Source: Lingula anatina
Taxonomy: Eukaryota; Animalia; Brachiopoda
Direction: 5' to 3'
DNA length: 64,000 nt
Assembly (NCBI GenBank): GCA_051362555.1
Contig: CM120645.1
Location: 12,834,001 to 12,898,000 of the forward strand
In this document: positions 1 through 12,453 of the stretch, in pieces
Layout: every line of letters starts with the position of its first letter
How positions within the stretch are numbered: the first letter of the stretch is position 1
Made by a program: the position numbers and the translations under genes
The notes under the pieces: model-generated
The model's database searches: none
What the model was told of the DNA's origin: nothing
What the model saw: only the letters and a program-made list of their open reading frames with translations

Positions 1-3000
1 TGGTGTAACGCGGAGGTGTCGCTGAGAACCGCTTTAACGGCCCTGGGCGGCTGGGAGGAGTGGCACTGTTTACTGAATGGAAACGAAATGCAATAGTTCA
101 CATGTACCCCTTATCAGGAAGAAGGTTAAAAGACAAATTAATTTAGAAGGAGGAATATCAGAATTCGTAATGCGTAAACATATTTCAAACCAAAACCCTA
201 AGAATTGATGAATCTATATATGCTTACACCATGGCAGGGATAGCCGACATCGTCCAGATGCACCAATACATTAAAGAAAACACGTCGATTTAAGCATTAA
301 ATATTTTATATTCACATATTTTATATCATATGGTACTCTGATATATAACACTTAAAATTGGACAAACTTTGCAGGGTCTGATGCATTTATACAATCATAG
401 CCTAAAAGGTGTCTCTTTTCATTTTACGTGTAGGCTACCCTTTATCGTTACCTTTGTTTGGAATGTACATGTTTTTTATAGTCTCTTTTGACTTACCGTC
501 TACGTTTGACGAATACAACAACTGTTACAACAATTAATATCAGCACTATCACTCCAGTAACGCCCACACCGATACTGAGACCAATGTTGGGGTCTGTGGA
601 TGCTGCTTGGGTACCATCCCCTGGCAACACCGCTGAATAAAATAAACAGTTTAGCTTTAACTGTTTTATATGCTCCACTAGTTAGCGAACTTTTATTTAA
701 AAAGTACAATCTTTGATTTTGCATAAAAATAAGCAAAGGGTTTTCAGTTTTATTTTTCTGAAATGTAAAGATAAACACTGCACATAATGTAACAATTAAT
801 GTAGAAACAGTATTTCGATCAAAGTTATAACAGTATTGTAGAGGACCACATAGCGTGTCTGAGTGTCAAAGTATTAAAGTGGAGAGTGATTTTATTACAG
901 ACCCCTGTCTGAGTCAAATTGCAGACACCTGTCTGCGTTGATGACCAAGTCAATTTGCATGGGGATTCGAGAGGATACCCATTATTCATATGCCTTAAAA
1001 TTCGTACCTGTACAACTCAGAGAGTCCACCCCAAATCCACCGGTTTCATCACACGTCAAGGTTACACTGGTATTACCATCTCGGAACTGAAATCCTTTTA
1101 TGCATTTGAATTCAACTGATGCCATGAAGAACAGATTCGTACCATCAGAGGTCGTCACTGTATTGTTTAAATGAGGTAAAGTACATGTTCTTTTTATGCA
1201 GTCAGGTATTGGCGGTTCCAGAGTATTTGTCGCAATGCATTGTGACTTAAATGGCACGTCGACCTCAAACCCAGAAAAATGATATCCAGGAATGCAGGAA
1301 AATGTCAAATTCTGCATGTAAACATATGGTCCTTCTGCTGCCAAATTCAAATTCAATTTATTACCAGGAAAACCACACGATATGGGAACACAGCTAGGCA
1401 AACTCTGATCAAATGTACCATCGGCTTGACAAGTTAGGTTCTTGATCATTGACGTGTCGTTGAATTGGAAGCCAGTGTCGCATGTATATGTGACAGTTTG
1501 TCCTTCAAAGGTAACGTAACGCTGTGTTACCTGTCTCAGGTGATCATTTACAGGAAGGACACATGTTCCTGGAAGTAAGGCAAACCTTTTCAAGTTTATG
1601 AAAAGTCCAATAAAAACAGCAGGAATTGTACACATAAATATTACGAGGGTATAATCGTTAGGTGAACATGTAGCAAACTGACGATTAAATGTATAATTCT
1701 AAATCTTTTCTTCGTTTTCTATTTTGATGTCTTTTTGATATCAGACTTACTGGTGCACGTTTTCCTCTCCCCTTCAAACGTTCCTCTAGGACTGCAAGTC
1801 AGTGTGAAACTGTAACCAGAACCATCGCTGAGTTGATACCCACTGTTACAGGTATAGGTAACAGTGCTGCCAAATCTGTAACCTCCAGGTGCCGGAGAGG
1901 GGGCTGCGTTAGGTATAGTCAGGGCAGTGCATTCCACATCTAAAAACAAAGTGTATGTCTGTAATGGAATCCATCAGTCACAATAATGATAAAAAATGAC
2001 AACTTAATTGCACAAAGGACCTTATTTATTGATGGTTTCCACTAACACTTCTATCTTTTATTTATTACTTTCATTTGCATTAGAAGAGGTTTATGATAAA
2101 TGCAAAAGCGATATCTTTGAGGGTCTAGTAGTGCTCCATGTGTATGCTGTTTAATTCTGAAACAGTCGTACCGATTTTTATTTGAATAGTTTGCATCATG
2201 TTTTTCTATCCGAAGCATAACATTGTGAAGACACCTATTTATGTAGAGGATGCATTAAAATACATGGACGTAGGGGCGGCTCCAGAGTTATTTGAAGGGG
2301 GGGTCCGGGGATGGGATGCGAAACCGACCCTCCTCCCCCCTTGGCATGGGGTTCGGGGGCCGCTTAAGGGCCCCGAAAATAATTGGTATTTTAGAGGGCG
2401 AACGGTGCCATTTGGTACGGTTTAGAACTATGATTCATCTAGTCAAAATTATAATTTCAGGACCCCCCTAACCTCCCTTCTAAATCCGCCACTCTGGACG
2501 TATCTAAATAACAATGAAAATCAACGGCCTACTTACAACCAAGACACTGGTCACCGGTACGTCCCAGGTTACACACACACTCCTCTGAAGATATCTGTGT
2601 CAGTGAAGTGTACGTTCTCACACACGTTCCTCCTGTAGAGCAGAGGCAGTTGTAGGAGGGATGGCCTGTAGGAAACATACCAAACCTTTGGTTACTCTTT
2701 TTGGTAATTCAAGAAGTTGCTGGATAGTTAACGTTTATTTGTGTTAACGTAACTTCTGAATGGTATTGGGTATGTTTGATAGGTTTTGACCGTATTCTTT
2801 GACACACCAACATCGTTTTAACTTCCTCAGTACTTTATCTTACTTTACTTTGGGTCTTTATTCACCTCCATGAGATAATATCCTTATTGAGAAATTAAAA
2901 AAAAAATAAATATCTAAATAAAAATAGTGATTAAAAATCATTTTGATTTGCATCTTACCAGGACATTGTTTCATTTGATGGTGACGAACATTGCTTCCAA

Positions 3001-5110
3001 ATCTTAATCGACTGCACGAAGTAGAACTGTAATGGAACCAGCACCACCTCCCATCCCAGTCAACTGCCTCACATGTTGGGTCATAGTTACAGGCCTGTAA
3101 ACAGCGGGATAGTGGCCTATAACCCTTTAGTGCGCCTCCGCTGTGGCTTATATTTTCATATACGTACAACACGTACTCTGACACTAAAACAGAAGATTTT
3201 CAGAATTAATATATATATATATATGTCTGATGAACAGTCAGTTGTCACGTTTTCTACAGTTATAACGAGGTGTACATTATGTAAGCCGTTTAGGTCACAC
3301 CTCTATATTGGAAAAGGAAGTATCTGAAATGGATTTATTTTCAAAGTCAAATTCTTGGTTGAATTCCAGTTGATACTGTGGCCGGTGTCTATTACATGTT
3401 CAGAAACGGCAGAGCTGGTATTGCCAACAGTCACTGATGTTCTGTGTTCGCTTACCCTGGTGTTCAACTGCCTACCTTTCTTACCAATGTAAAAGCAATT
3501 GCAGCCATGACAGTTGATCTTACACATACTGTATATATAGTCCCACAACGCTGTTCTTGAGGGGTCTTGTCCTTTGGTGCCACTAAGTATTGTTTCAATG
3601 TGCACTGGGGTCTGAAAGTCCTTTTGACACTCACCGGATTTTTTCCAAATTATTTTTCATCAGTTTCATCAATTTGCCCCTCATTGTGACTGGTTGGTTT
3701 TTGTTTTGTTGCAGCAGAATATCCCGAAAGACAGTGAGTCCTGTACCCTGGTGGTGAGATTTTGATACATTGGGCATGGTCTCTGTGTAGGTACATCAGT
3801 CTGGGCATTACTCTATAAAACTGTGCGGACCGTTCCGTTTGGCAATGTCTGTCTTTTTCGTGCCATTCTGCCACGGAATAACAATTTTGTAACACACTGC
3901 TTGTCGCATTTCACACACTGCAAAACCGACAAATTCTTCTGTGCAGTAGTTGCCGACATGTGGATACTTTTTTGACAGAACCATACCCTCCTAAAGTCAA
4001 GTTTTGACCAGCTCAAAGGAGCACTACCCAATTAAATCACTGCATATTACGCAATACAGCAGAGCAATAGACATGGTAGTGAGTTAATTGGTAGCGACAC
4101 ACCTTACTACACACGTCTTCTCTATTTACATATCTTATATGAAAAAGGAACTCAAAAAAGAACTCATTTTTACTTAGGCATAAAACATTCCATATTAAAT
4201 GTCTAGTCTGTAGATCCTGCACACTATCTCTGAAGCGCAAGAGATTCCATAACTTCACTAGGTATATGTCGAAACGGGGAGAAGCTGACATTGTAATTAA
4301 ATGATATAAAATGGTAATATGCCATTTTAAGTAGGAAAATAAAAAAGGACATTTGGTTCAGGAGATGGATAAAGAAAGATCACGTTTTTATCCAGTTGTA
4401 ATCTGCAGCAAAAAAGTGTATCAGTAATACTCACTTCCACATACTGGCGGTTCCTTATCAAAAACATCCTCTCGGTCAGTGCACGTGATTGTAAGAGTAC
4501 CGTATATATGGATGTATGGAGGTGCGACACACGTGTAGGTAACACTTTGGTGACTGTTAACACGGGCAGTAAATGGGGTTCGACTTGAATGAGGAACGTC
4601 TGGCACGACACACCCTATAGTACGAAATACCCAAGTGGTCAAAACATTTTTTCTTTGCATGAACAGGTGTCTTTTTTATAAATAGTTGTCTCGTTTTTCT
4701 AATACTATTCGCAGTTAAAGCATTTTATGGATATATATTTATCCTCTTTTCTTTCGGTGTTAACTACACACATTGGACAATAGAAGTGTTACCCCCTGAA
4801 TCAGAGTAATCAAAGTTATTAACCTGAACAGGCGGAATATAAGCGATGTCAGAATATCGATACAGTTGAATTGTTCAGTCAGAACCGTTTCTTTTGTGAA
4901 ATTTGATGTTAATAAAATGATATCAGGAGCACATCATTCCACAGCCATTTATCTCTCCCAAAGTATTGGTTCAGAAGGGGTGACACTTCTATTGTCCAGT
5001 GTGTGTAGTATAAGTGTGACCAGAGACAACTTACCCGCGTCAGTTCCATGTAGGTCAACGACCAAACTGTATATACAGAAAAATACATACAGTTGTAACA
5101 ATTCCTTCAT
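1..5110 (-). CDS. Gene A: sushi-PAN-EGF-4x sushi single-pass receptor with class II tail (3' end runs off window)
   Basis: Exons with GT-AG ends: signal 5110-5035 (MKELLQLYVFFCIYSLVVDLHGTDA), sushi1 4614-4435, PAN 3183-2959, EGF 2665-2537, sushi2 1939-1751, triple-sushi 1568-1008, TM 632-497 (GLSIGVGVTGVIVLILIVVTVVVFVKRR), tail exon 72-<1 (KQCHSSQPPRAVKAVLSDTS, homologous to the start of gene F's tail). Ectodomain introns are phase 1; the TM/tail intron is phase 2. Confidence 0.85.
2273..2494. mobile_element. hAT-like MITE in gene A intron
   Basis: Imperfect termini GGGGCGGCTCC...AATCCGCCACTC, flanked by 8-bp direct repeat TGGACGTA (2265-2272, 2495-2502). Confidence 0.55.
3303..3810 (-). mobile_element. 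Penelope-like retroelement relic (GIY-YIG endonuclease fragment)
   Basis: ORF 3303-3605 reads CKINCHGCNCFYIGKKGRQLNTRVSEHR...SAVSEHVIDTGHSINW, the CxxC-YIG-R-EH pattern of Penelope endonucleases. Degraded; boundaries approximate. Confidence 0.75.
4767..5005. mobile_element. TA-flanked MITE (Tc1/mariner-type)
   Basis: TIR CACACATTGGACAATAGAAGTGTTACCCCCTGAA ... TTCAGAAGGGGTGACACTTCTATTGTCCAGTGTGTG with TA on both sides; related copy at about 37496-37717. Confidence 0.65.
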
Positions 5111-5876
5111 TGTGGCCACTCTTGTCCTTAAATGAGGTAAGTTTACATGAGTGTTCTGAATGCAACCTAAGGCTAACTGACATATTATCTTTAGTTTGTT
5201 CAACTCTCAAAGAAAACGATGTCCGATTCTTATAGATTTAATACATTTATTGGTAAAAAAATCTTGTCTTAGTTTACTTTTAATTCACCATGCAAGATTT
5301 ATCTTTTCCAAATCTTTGATGAAATTTATTTGACCATTCGCTACAAAGAAAAAAAATTGTTAAACGTGGTACAGTCTAGGACATATTCTAGTTTAAGTGC
5401 AAGGCACTTGCATCGAGGAGCTTCGGTTTGTGGCTTGTTCTTGCCCCCCATGGGCTGAAGTCGTCTTTTAACTTTCTGGGAAAAATAAATGGGTTACGAA
5501 GGCAAAGCAATATAGTGTGCGGTATATAATCCCACATGTAGCACTTGACCAAAACACCATTTGAAGTTACCTGTGCAAAATGGGCACATTTTGGGGAGGT
5601 CTGGTGGGGCCCTCTCTGACCGAGCTCTTGAATATGTAAAAACATATTCCTATTGAAATAATATTGGATTTATGAGACTTCATGAGACATGATTTGGTCA
5701 AAGTTGTGCAAAAACAAAATGCCCCCTCCCCCTGCATAATACGTACAGCGTCAGCCCAGCAAAGTAGACTAATATTATCTTAATTTTAATGTACATAACA
5801 TTATTATGTATTTACGTGCAATTCACTGGCGTGTTACAAGTCGTTTTCTTGGTAGCATATGCGTGTGTAAACTTAC

Positions 5877-6690
5877 CTTACTCTGAAACTGGCGCTCGCA
5901 TAGCCAGAATAGCCAGAGTCTTGTGGACGATGTAATGGCGACGAGGTTAAGTTAGTTTCCTGTGTTGATCAGGAAGTATATCACCTTTTACATTTTTTAT
6001 TTCAACGTGACCTAGATTCACGTGCACTATGTACATAAGTTAAACGTCTATACCTGTGCGGCAAGAATACTTGTTGTTTATTAGTGTCTTACCCCCTGTA
6101 GATGGCGTCATGCTAATACAATATTTAAATCCATTTGTACAAAGTAAGGCAGAAGAGTATTACGGCTAACGCAACGAAAAGCATGAAGATTCTAGATATT
6201 ATTTGCTATTTTTAATATGATCTAAATAAAAATATCGAAACTTAAGCTTTTACATTACAAGTTTATCTTTATATTATCAACTTCTACAATATGGACAAAC
6301 AACAGTGCAGTGTCTTCAGTAGTAATAAAATATTACAAGGCAGTGGCAACAGAGGTTGGTACCATTGTTTTCATGTTTATATTTACCCTTTAGTAGCTTT
6401 GTTGTTAACACGGAGTAACACCGTGGGTCGTGTAAAATATAAAATGGGTCACTTCCTTGTTCACAAAACTTCGCAGATACTCACGTAGACCTCGAGCTCG
6501 CCAGACTTTGACAAGTCTTATCTTTTTAAGGTCATTCAACTGGCTACGGTAAGTATTAAACCCGTTACACGTACATGTACTATAATCAGTACACATAAGC
6601 ATCAGAAAAGGTTCCGAAAGAATTGATGTAGATTGATCAGGATTGAACAGTATATTTGATAGTGTAAAAGCGACAAGGCAGGTAAGTGTA
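5877..6690. promoter_or_regulatory. Putative bidirectional promoter / non-coding first exons of the A/B pair
   Basis: Minus-strand donor at 5871-5876 (homolog 42439-42443); CAGGAAGT near 5970; TATAAAATGGGTCACTTCCTTGTTCACAAAAC at 6438-6469; plus-strand donor CAG|GTAAGT at 6681. The block recurs at about 24500-25260, 42440-42920 and 53490-54400. Confidence 0.5.
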
Positions 6691-6748
6691 AATGCTTTGT
6701 ACAGTAAGTGACATGTTCTACAGGATACTTTAACTCACAGTACTTAAG

Positions 6749-9700
6749 TGTTGGGGGTGGTCGGCTCATGCCCTAGTTAGATTCCACTTTACCAAAATAA
6801 CACGATTCAGAGCTGGGCCTCTGAGGACGTGTATTTTGACAGCGCCCCTTGCATAGTTGAGAGCGACTTTTTGAGTGTGTAAGGCTTCTCGCCTTTATTG
6901 TGAGGAAAGATTGTCTCTGATAGGAAGGTAGGTGTCTCACCTACATAGTATCAGATTTATAGATACCGGTCTACATAGCTAGGTGCCCTGAAAAGGGCAT
7001 TTCGTGATTGGCACGATAGAGGCGTCTCGCCTTTCGAGGGAGGGGGGAAGGTGGACTGGTTGCAGAAAGCGCTTTTCGGTCAACAAGTGACCTTCATCAG
7101 CTGCAGAGTCCGAGATAAAAAAAAAAAAGAAAAATTTAGGGACGTAGGGGTTGGTAGGCAAAGGTGTCTCGCCTTTGTTTAGTAAGTTTTCATCAATGGT
7201 GTCTCGCCATTGTGAATGATACGAGCCATCTCGGCTTCTAAGTATCATGCTTTGTTTAATGTGTTTTCATCAATGGTGTCTCGCCATTGTGAGTAATACG
7301 AGCCATCTCGGCTTTATAGTATCATGCTTGATCACAAGTGTCTCGCTTGTGTCAAGGTGGACGGTATGAATTGAGCATGTGAGTGGCTCAAGAGTCGGAG
7401 GTCGACTGAGATTTGTCGAAATTGTGTCAAATGCGAGAACGAGGCCGGGATCTGATTGGTTGTTTTAGTTATGACTTTTGATTGGCTGTTCTCGTGGTGC
7501 ATCTTGATCCTATCTGTTTAGATGTAGTTTGTTTGGTTACATTTTTTTTGCAAGGTTTTTTAACCTCGGATCAAATTCATCAGTATCCTAATTCTGTGCA
7601 TGTGCGTATTAACACTGAGCTGTCGTTGGCTTAGTTGGTCTCTATAGGCGTGTGTTGCTTTAAAAATATAGACCTTGTTTGAAGGGAACACCGACGTTAA
7701 GGGACACTGCAGTGTTGCGTGTTTCCCGTTGGTCCTAAATATGTGTCATTAAAGAACATTGTGATTGGCTGATTGTCAAGCCTTTGTCCGGTGTCTTATG
7801 TCTTGCGAGTCGAAAATGTATGCACAGAATCCTCCGACAAGTGTAATTTTTGGTTCAGTGGGTATTTGTCGGGTTTTCTTGATTACCACTATTGTTACTA
7901 GTGGGTAATAGGAATGTAGGTATCTCGCCTACGTGGTATGTGATTATCATGTGTCCATGTATCTAGGTACATGGATCTTCTTGTCCTTTATGATCCGTAG
8001 GTTAGAGCGTGTTTTGATAAAGCAGAAAAAACCCCGTCCTGCCAGTACCCAAAACACTAGCTACAAGGTAACCAATGTTAAGGGACGGTTCCCGGTACGG
8101 ACAGTCCGACATTGCGGCCGGCCCCAGGGCCAAGTGAATACATGTTGGGGGTGGTCGGCTCATGCCCTAGTTAGATTCCACTTTACCAAAATAACACGAT
8201 TCAGAGCTGGGCCTCTGAGGACGTGTATTTTGACAGCGCCCCTTGCATAGTTGAGAGCGACTTTTTGAGTGTGTAAGGCTTCTCGCCTTTATTGTGAGGA
8301 AAGATTGTCTCTGATAGGAAGGTAGGTGTCTCACCTACATAGTATCAGATTTATAGATACCGGTCTACATAGCTAGGTGCCCTGAAAAGGGCATTTCGTG
8401 ATTGGCACGATAGAGGCGTCTCGTGTTGGGGGTAGTATGTGTTGGGGGTGGTCGGCTCATGCCCTAGTTAGATTCCACTTTACCAAAATAACACGATTCA
8501 GAGCTGGGCCTCTGAGGACGTGTATTTTGACAGCGCCCCTTGCATAGTTGAGAGCGACTTTTTGAGTGTGTAAGGCTTCTCGCCTTTATTGTGAGGAAAG
8601 ATTGTCTCTGATAGGAAGGTAGGTGTCTCACCTACATAGTATCAGATTTATAGATACCGGTCTACATAGCTAGGTGCCCTGAAAAGGGCATTTCGTGATT
8701 GGCACGATAGAGGCGTCTCGCCTTTCGAGGGAGGGGGGAAGGTGGACTGGTTGCAGAAAGCGCTTTTCGGTCAACAAGTGACCTTCATCAGCTGCAGAGT
8801 CCGAGATAAAAAAAAAAAAAGAAAAATTTAGGGACGTAGGGGTTGGTAGGCAAAGGTGTCTCGCCTTTGTTTAGTAAGTTTTCATCAATGGTGTCTCGCC
8901 ATTGTGAATGATACGAGCCATCTCGGCTTCTAAGTATCATGCTTTGTTTAATGTGTTTTCATCAATGGTGTCTCGCCATTGTGAGTGATACGAGCCATCT
9001 CGGCTTTATAGTATCATGCTTGATCACAAGTGTCTCGCTTGTGTCAAGGTGGACGGTATGAATTGAGCATGTGAGTGGCTCAAGAGTCGGAGGTCGACTG
9101 AGATTTGTCGAAATTGTGTCAAATGCGAGAACGAGGCCGGGATCTGATTGGTTGTTTTAGTTATGACTTTTGATTGGCTGTTCTCGTGGTGCATCTTGAT
9201 CCTATCTGTTTAGATGTAGTTTGTTTGGTTACATTTTTTTTGCAAGGTTTTTTAACCTCGGATCAAATTCATCAGTATCCTAATTCTGTGCATGTGCGTA
9301 TTAACACTGAGCTGTCGTTGGCTTAGTTGGTCTCTATAGGCGTGTGTTGCTTTAAAAATATAGACCTTGTTTGAAGGGAACACCGACGTTAAGGGACACT
9401 GCAGTGTTGCGTGTTTCCCGTTGGTCCTAAATATGTGTCATTAAAGAACATTGTGATTGGCTGATTGTCAAGCCTTTGTCCGGTGTCTTATGTCTTGCGA
9501 GTCGAAAATGTATGCACAGAATCCTCCGACAAGTGTAATTTTTGGTTCAGTGGGTATTTGTCGGGTTTTCTTGATTACCACTATTGTTACTAGTGGGTAA
9601 TAGGAATGTAGGTATCTCGCCTACGTGGTATGTGATTATCATGTGTCCATGTATCTAGGTACATGGATCTTCTTGTCCTTTATGATCCGTAGGTTAGAGC

Positions 9701-11212
9701 GTGTTTTGATAAAGCAGAAAAAACCCCGTCCTGCCAGTACCCAAAACACTAGCTACAAGGTAACCAATGTTAAGGGACGGTTCCCGGTACGGACAGTCCG
9801 ACATTGCGGCCGGCCCCAGGGCCAAGTGAATACATGTTGGGGGTGGTCGGCTCATGCCCTAGTTAGATTCCACTTTACCAAAATAACACGATTCAGAGCT
9901 GGGCCTCTGAGGACGTGTATTTTGACAGCGCCCCTTGCATAGTTGAGAGCGACTTTTTGAGTGTGTAAGGCTTCTCGCCTTTATTGTGAGGAAAGATTGT
10001 CTCTGATAGGAAGGTAGGTGTCTCACCTACATAGTATCAGATTTATAGATACCGGTCTACATAGCTAGTAACAATAGTGGTAATGAAGAAAACCCGACAA
10101 ATACCCACTGAACCAAAAATTACACTTGTCGGAGGATTCTGTGCATACATTTTCGACTCGCAAGACATAAGACACCGGACAAAGGCTTGACAATCAGCCA
10201 ATCACAATGTTCTTTAATGACACATATTTAGGACCAACGGGAAACACGCAACACTACAGTGTCCCTTAACGTCGGTGTTCCCTTCAAACAAGGTCTATAT
10301 TCTTAAAGCAACACACGCCTAAAGAGACTAACTAAGCAAACGATAGCTCAGTGTTAATACGCACATGCACAGAATTAGGATACTGATGAATTTGATCCGA
10401 GGTTAAAAAACCTTGCAAAAAAATGTAACCAAACAAACTACATCTAAACAGATAGGATCAAGATGCACCACGAGAACAGCCAATCAAAACTCATAACTAA
10501 AACAACCAATCAGATCCCGGCCTCGTTCTCGCATTTGACACAATTTCGGCAAATCCTCAGTCGACGTCCGACTCTTGAGCCATTCACACGCTCAATTCAT
10601 ACCGTCCACCTTGACCCAAGCGAGACACTTGTGATCAAGCATGATACTATAAAGCCGAGATGGCTTGTATCACTCACAATGGCGAGACACCATTGATGAA
10701 AACACATTAAACAAAGCATGATACTTAAAAGCCGAGATGGCTCGTATCATTCACAATGGCGAGACACCATTGATGAAAACTTACTAAACAAAGGCGAGAC
10801 ACCTTTGCTTACCAGCCCCTACGTCCCTAAATTTTCCTTTTTTTTTATCTCGGACTCTGCAGCTGATGAAGGTCACTTGTTGACCGAAAAGCGCTTTCTG
10901 CAACCAGTCCACCCTTCCCCCTCCCCCGGAAAGGCGAGACGCCTCGATCGTGCCAATCACGAAATGCCCTTGTCAGGGCACCCTAAGTAGATCGGTATCT
11001 ATAAATCTCATACTATGTAGGTGAGACACCTACCTTCCTATCAGAGACGATCTTTCCTCATAAAAAAGGCGAGAAGCCTTACACACTCAAAAAGTCGCTC
11101 TCAACTATGCAAGGGGCGCTGTCAAAATACACGTCCTCAGAGGCCCAGCTCTGAATCGTGTTATTTTGGTAAAGTGGAATCTAACTAGGGCATGAGCCGA
11201 CCACCCCCAACA
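6749..11212. mobile_element. Array of about 1.39-kb LTR-like units (tandem copies plus one inverted copy)
   Basis: Unit starts TGTTGGGGGTGG and ends TGAATACA (TG...CA). Full copies 6749-8142 and 8440-9834; partial copies 8143-8423 and 9835-10067; a more diverged inverted copy at 10064-11212. CCAAT boxes, TATAAA and AATAAA lie on the minus strand of the unit. No internal gag/pol and no TSD seen. Confidence 0.65.
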
Positions 11213-12453
11213 CAACAACAATTAGCCTGAACCGTATACGCATCTCTCTTAAATATTACCAACGTTATAAGGCCTGCAGTGTATGTAATTAGAACTGATT
11301 GCAATTTGTCATTATCTTGCATTACACCACGTACATACCTGAGGCAGAAGGGCGACAGAACGATTGGTCTTCTCTTGTAAGACATTTTAATTACGCGACT
11401 TAAAGGGAGGGGGTGGGTGGAGAGAGAAATCAGTACAACAAAGTTTTATAAATCAAATTTTTTTTACAGTTAGCGTTTTGTTTTGGGCCATTTTTCAAAT
11501 GGAGCAGTATACGGCCTGGGTTGGTTCAATTTAATAGGCCCTAAAGTGTACTTATGATACAGATTTTTTTACTCTCTTTCACGAGGCCATGTTCATGGAG
11601 TAGGGGGAGGGGTGGAATTAAGGTGATACTAATATGTCAAAGACAAGCTTTCAAAGTTCCAATTGCATAAACCATAATAGTACACGTAAGTCACCCAAAT
11701 GCCTTTAATTTGGCAGTGGTGGGTTTGGAAACAAATGACCACAAAGGTTTGGGTGTTCGTCCTTCAAAAAGGACGAACACTCCTTCGGAACACATATTAG
11801 GAGGGTACATGTACGAGTAGCTAGATAAAAATAAGATAACAAAGCAGGCGTGCTACTTTATCAGAACGTACTGATCGAGAAATGTTAATAAGTTACATCT
11901 CGCAGTTGTGTAGTAGTACAGTAATGCTGTTACATGCTGTAGCGCCTGGGATTATTTGCCTCTTTCTTGGTTCAATTAAAAAGTTGGGTTTTTTTTTTCT
12001 ATCAAAGATCTAAGAGGAAATGTCCTGGTGTTTTTTTAATATCAAGGTATTTATTCAATCTTATTTTTTTTACTTTGCTAGCTTCGAAAACTCGTTTTCG
12101 ACAGTAAGTCGGTCAGTCTGTCTGTCGTTTTTAAGTTTGTCTGTTAGCACTCTACAGGCCGCTTTCATTGTCCATTGTTGTGTATATACCATTTGTTCAT
12201 TAATGTATCTATTTATTTATTTATTTATTTGTATTTTATATTTGTTATTCTAATATCACATAAAGTTATACATAGAAAATGGTTGAACTTTTTTGTAACG
12301 TGCTTAAAAATACGTGTTGCTTTGATTATCAGAATTAAACTTCATTTGATAATGAGTCACCCTCTATGGTGATATTATTCAAGCAAAGATCTTTGTTTTT
12401 CGCATCAAGATACTTTAACTTGACATTTATTTCAGGGCAAGGACAACGAGACA

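Noticed and set aside
982-1635. Treating ORF-track starts and stops as separate single-exon genes
   Set aside because: Paralog homology begins and ends at AG/GT sites inside the ORFs; the extensions are intronic.
5877-5901. ATG in gene A's presumed first exon as the true start
   Set aside because: Reads MRAPVSE-stop before the donor and is not conserved in gene E; at most a uORF.
7933-9942. Identical 105-aa ORFs at 7933 and 9625, and 89/90-aa ORFs at 6979 and 10718
   Set aside because: They lie within repeat copies, span unit junctions and show no recognisable domain; identity reflects the DNA duplication.
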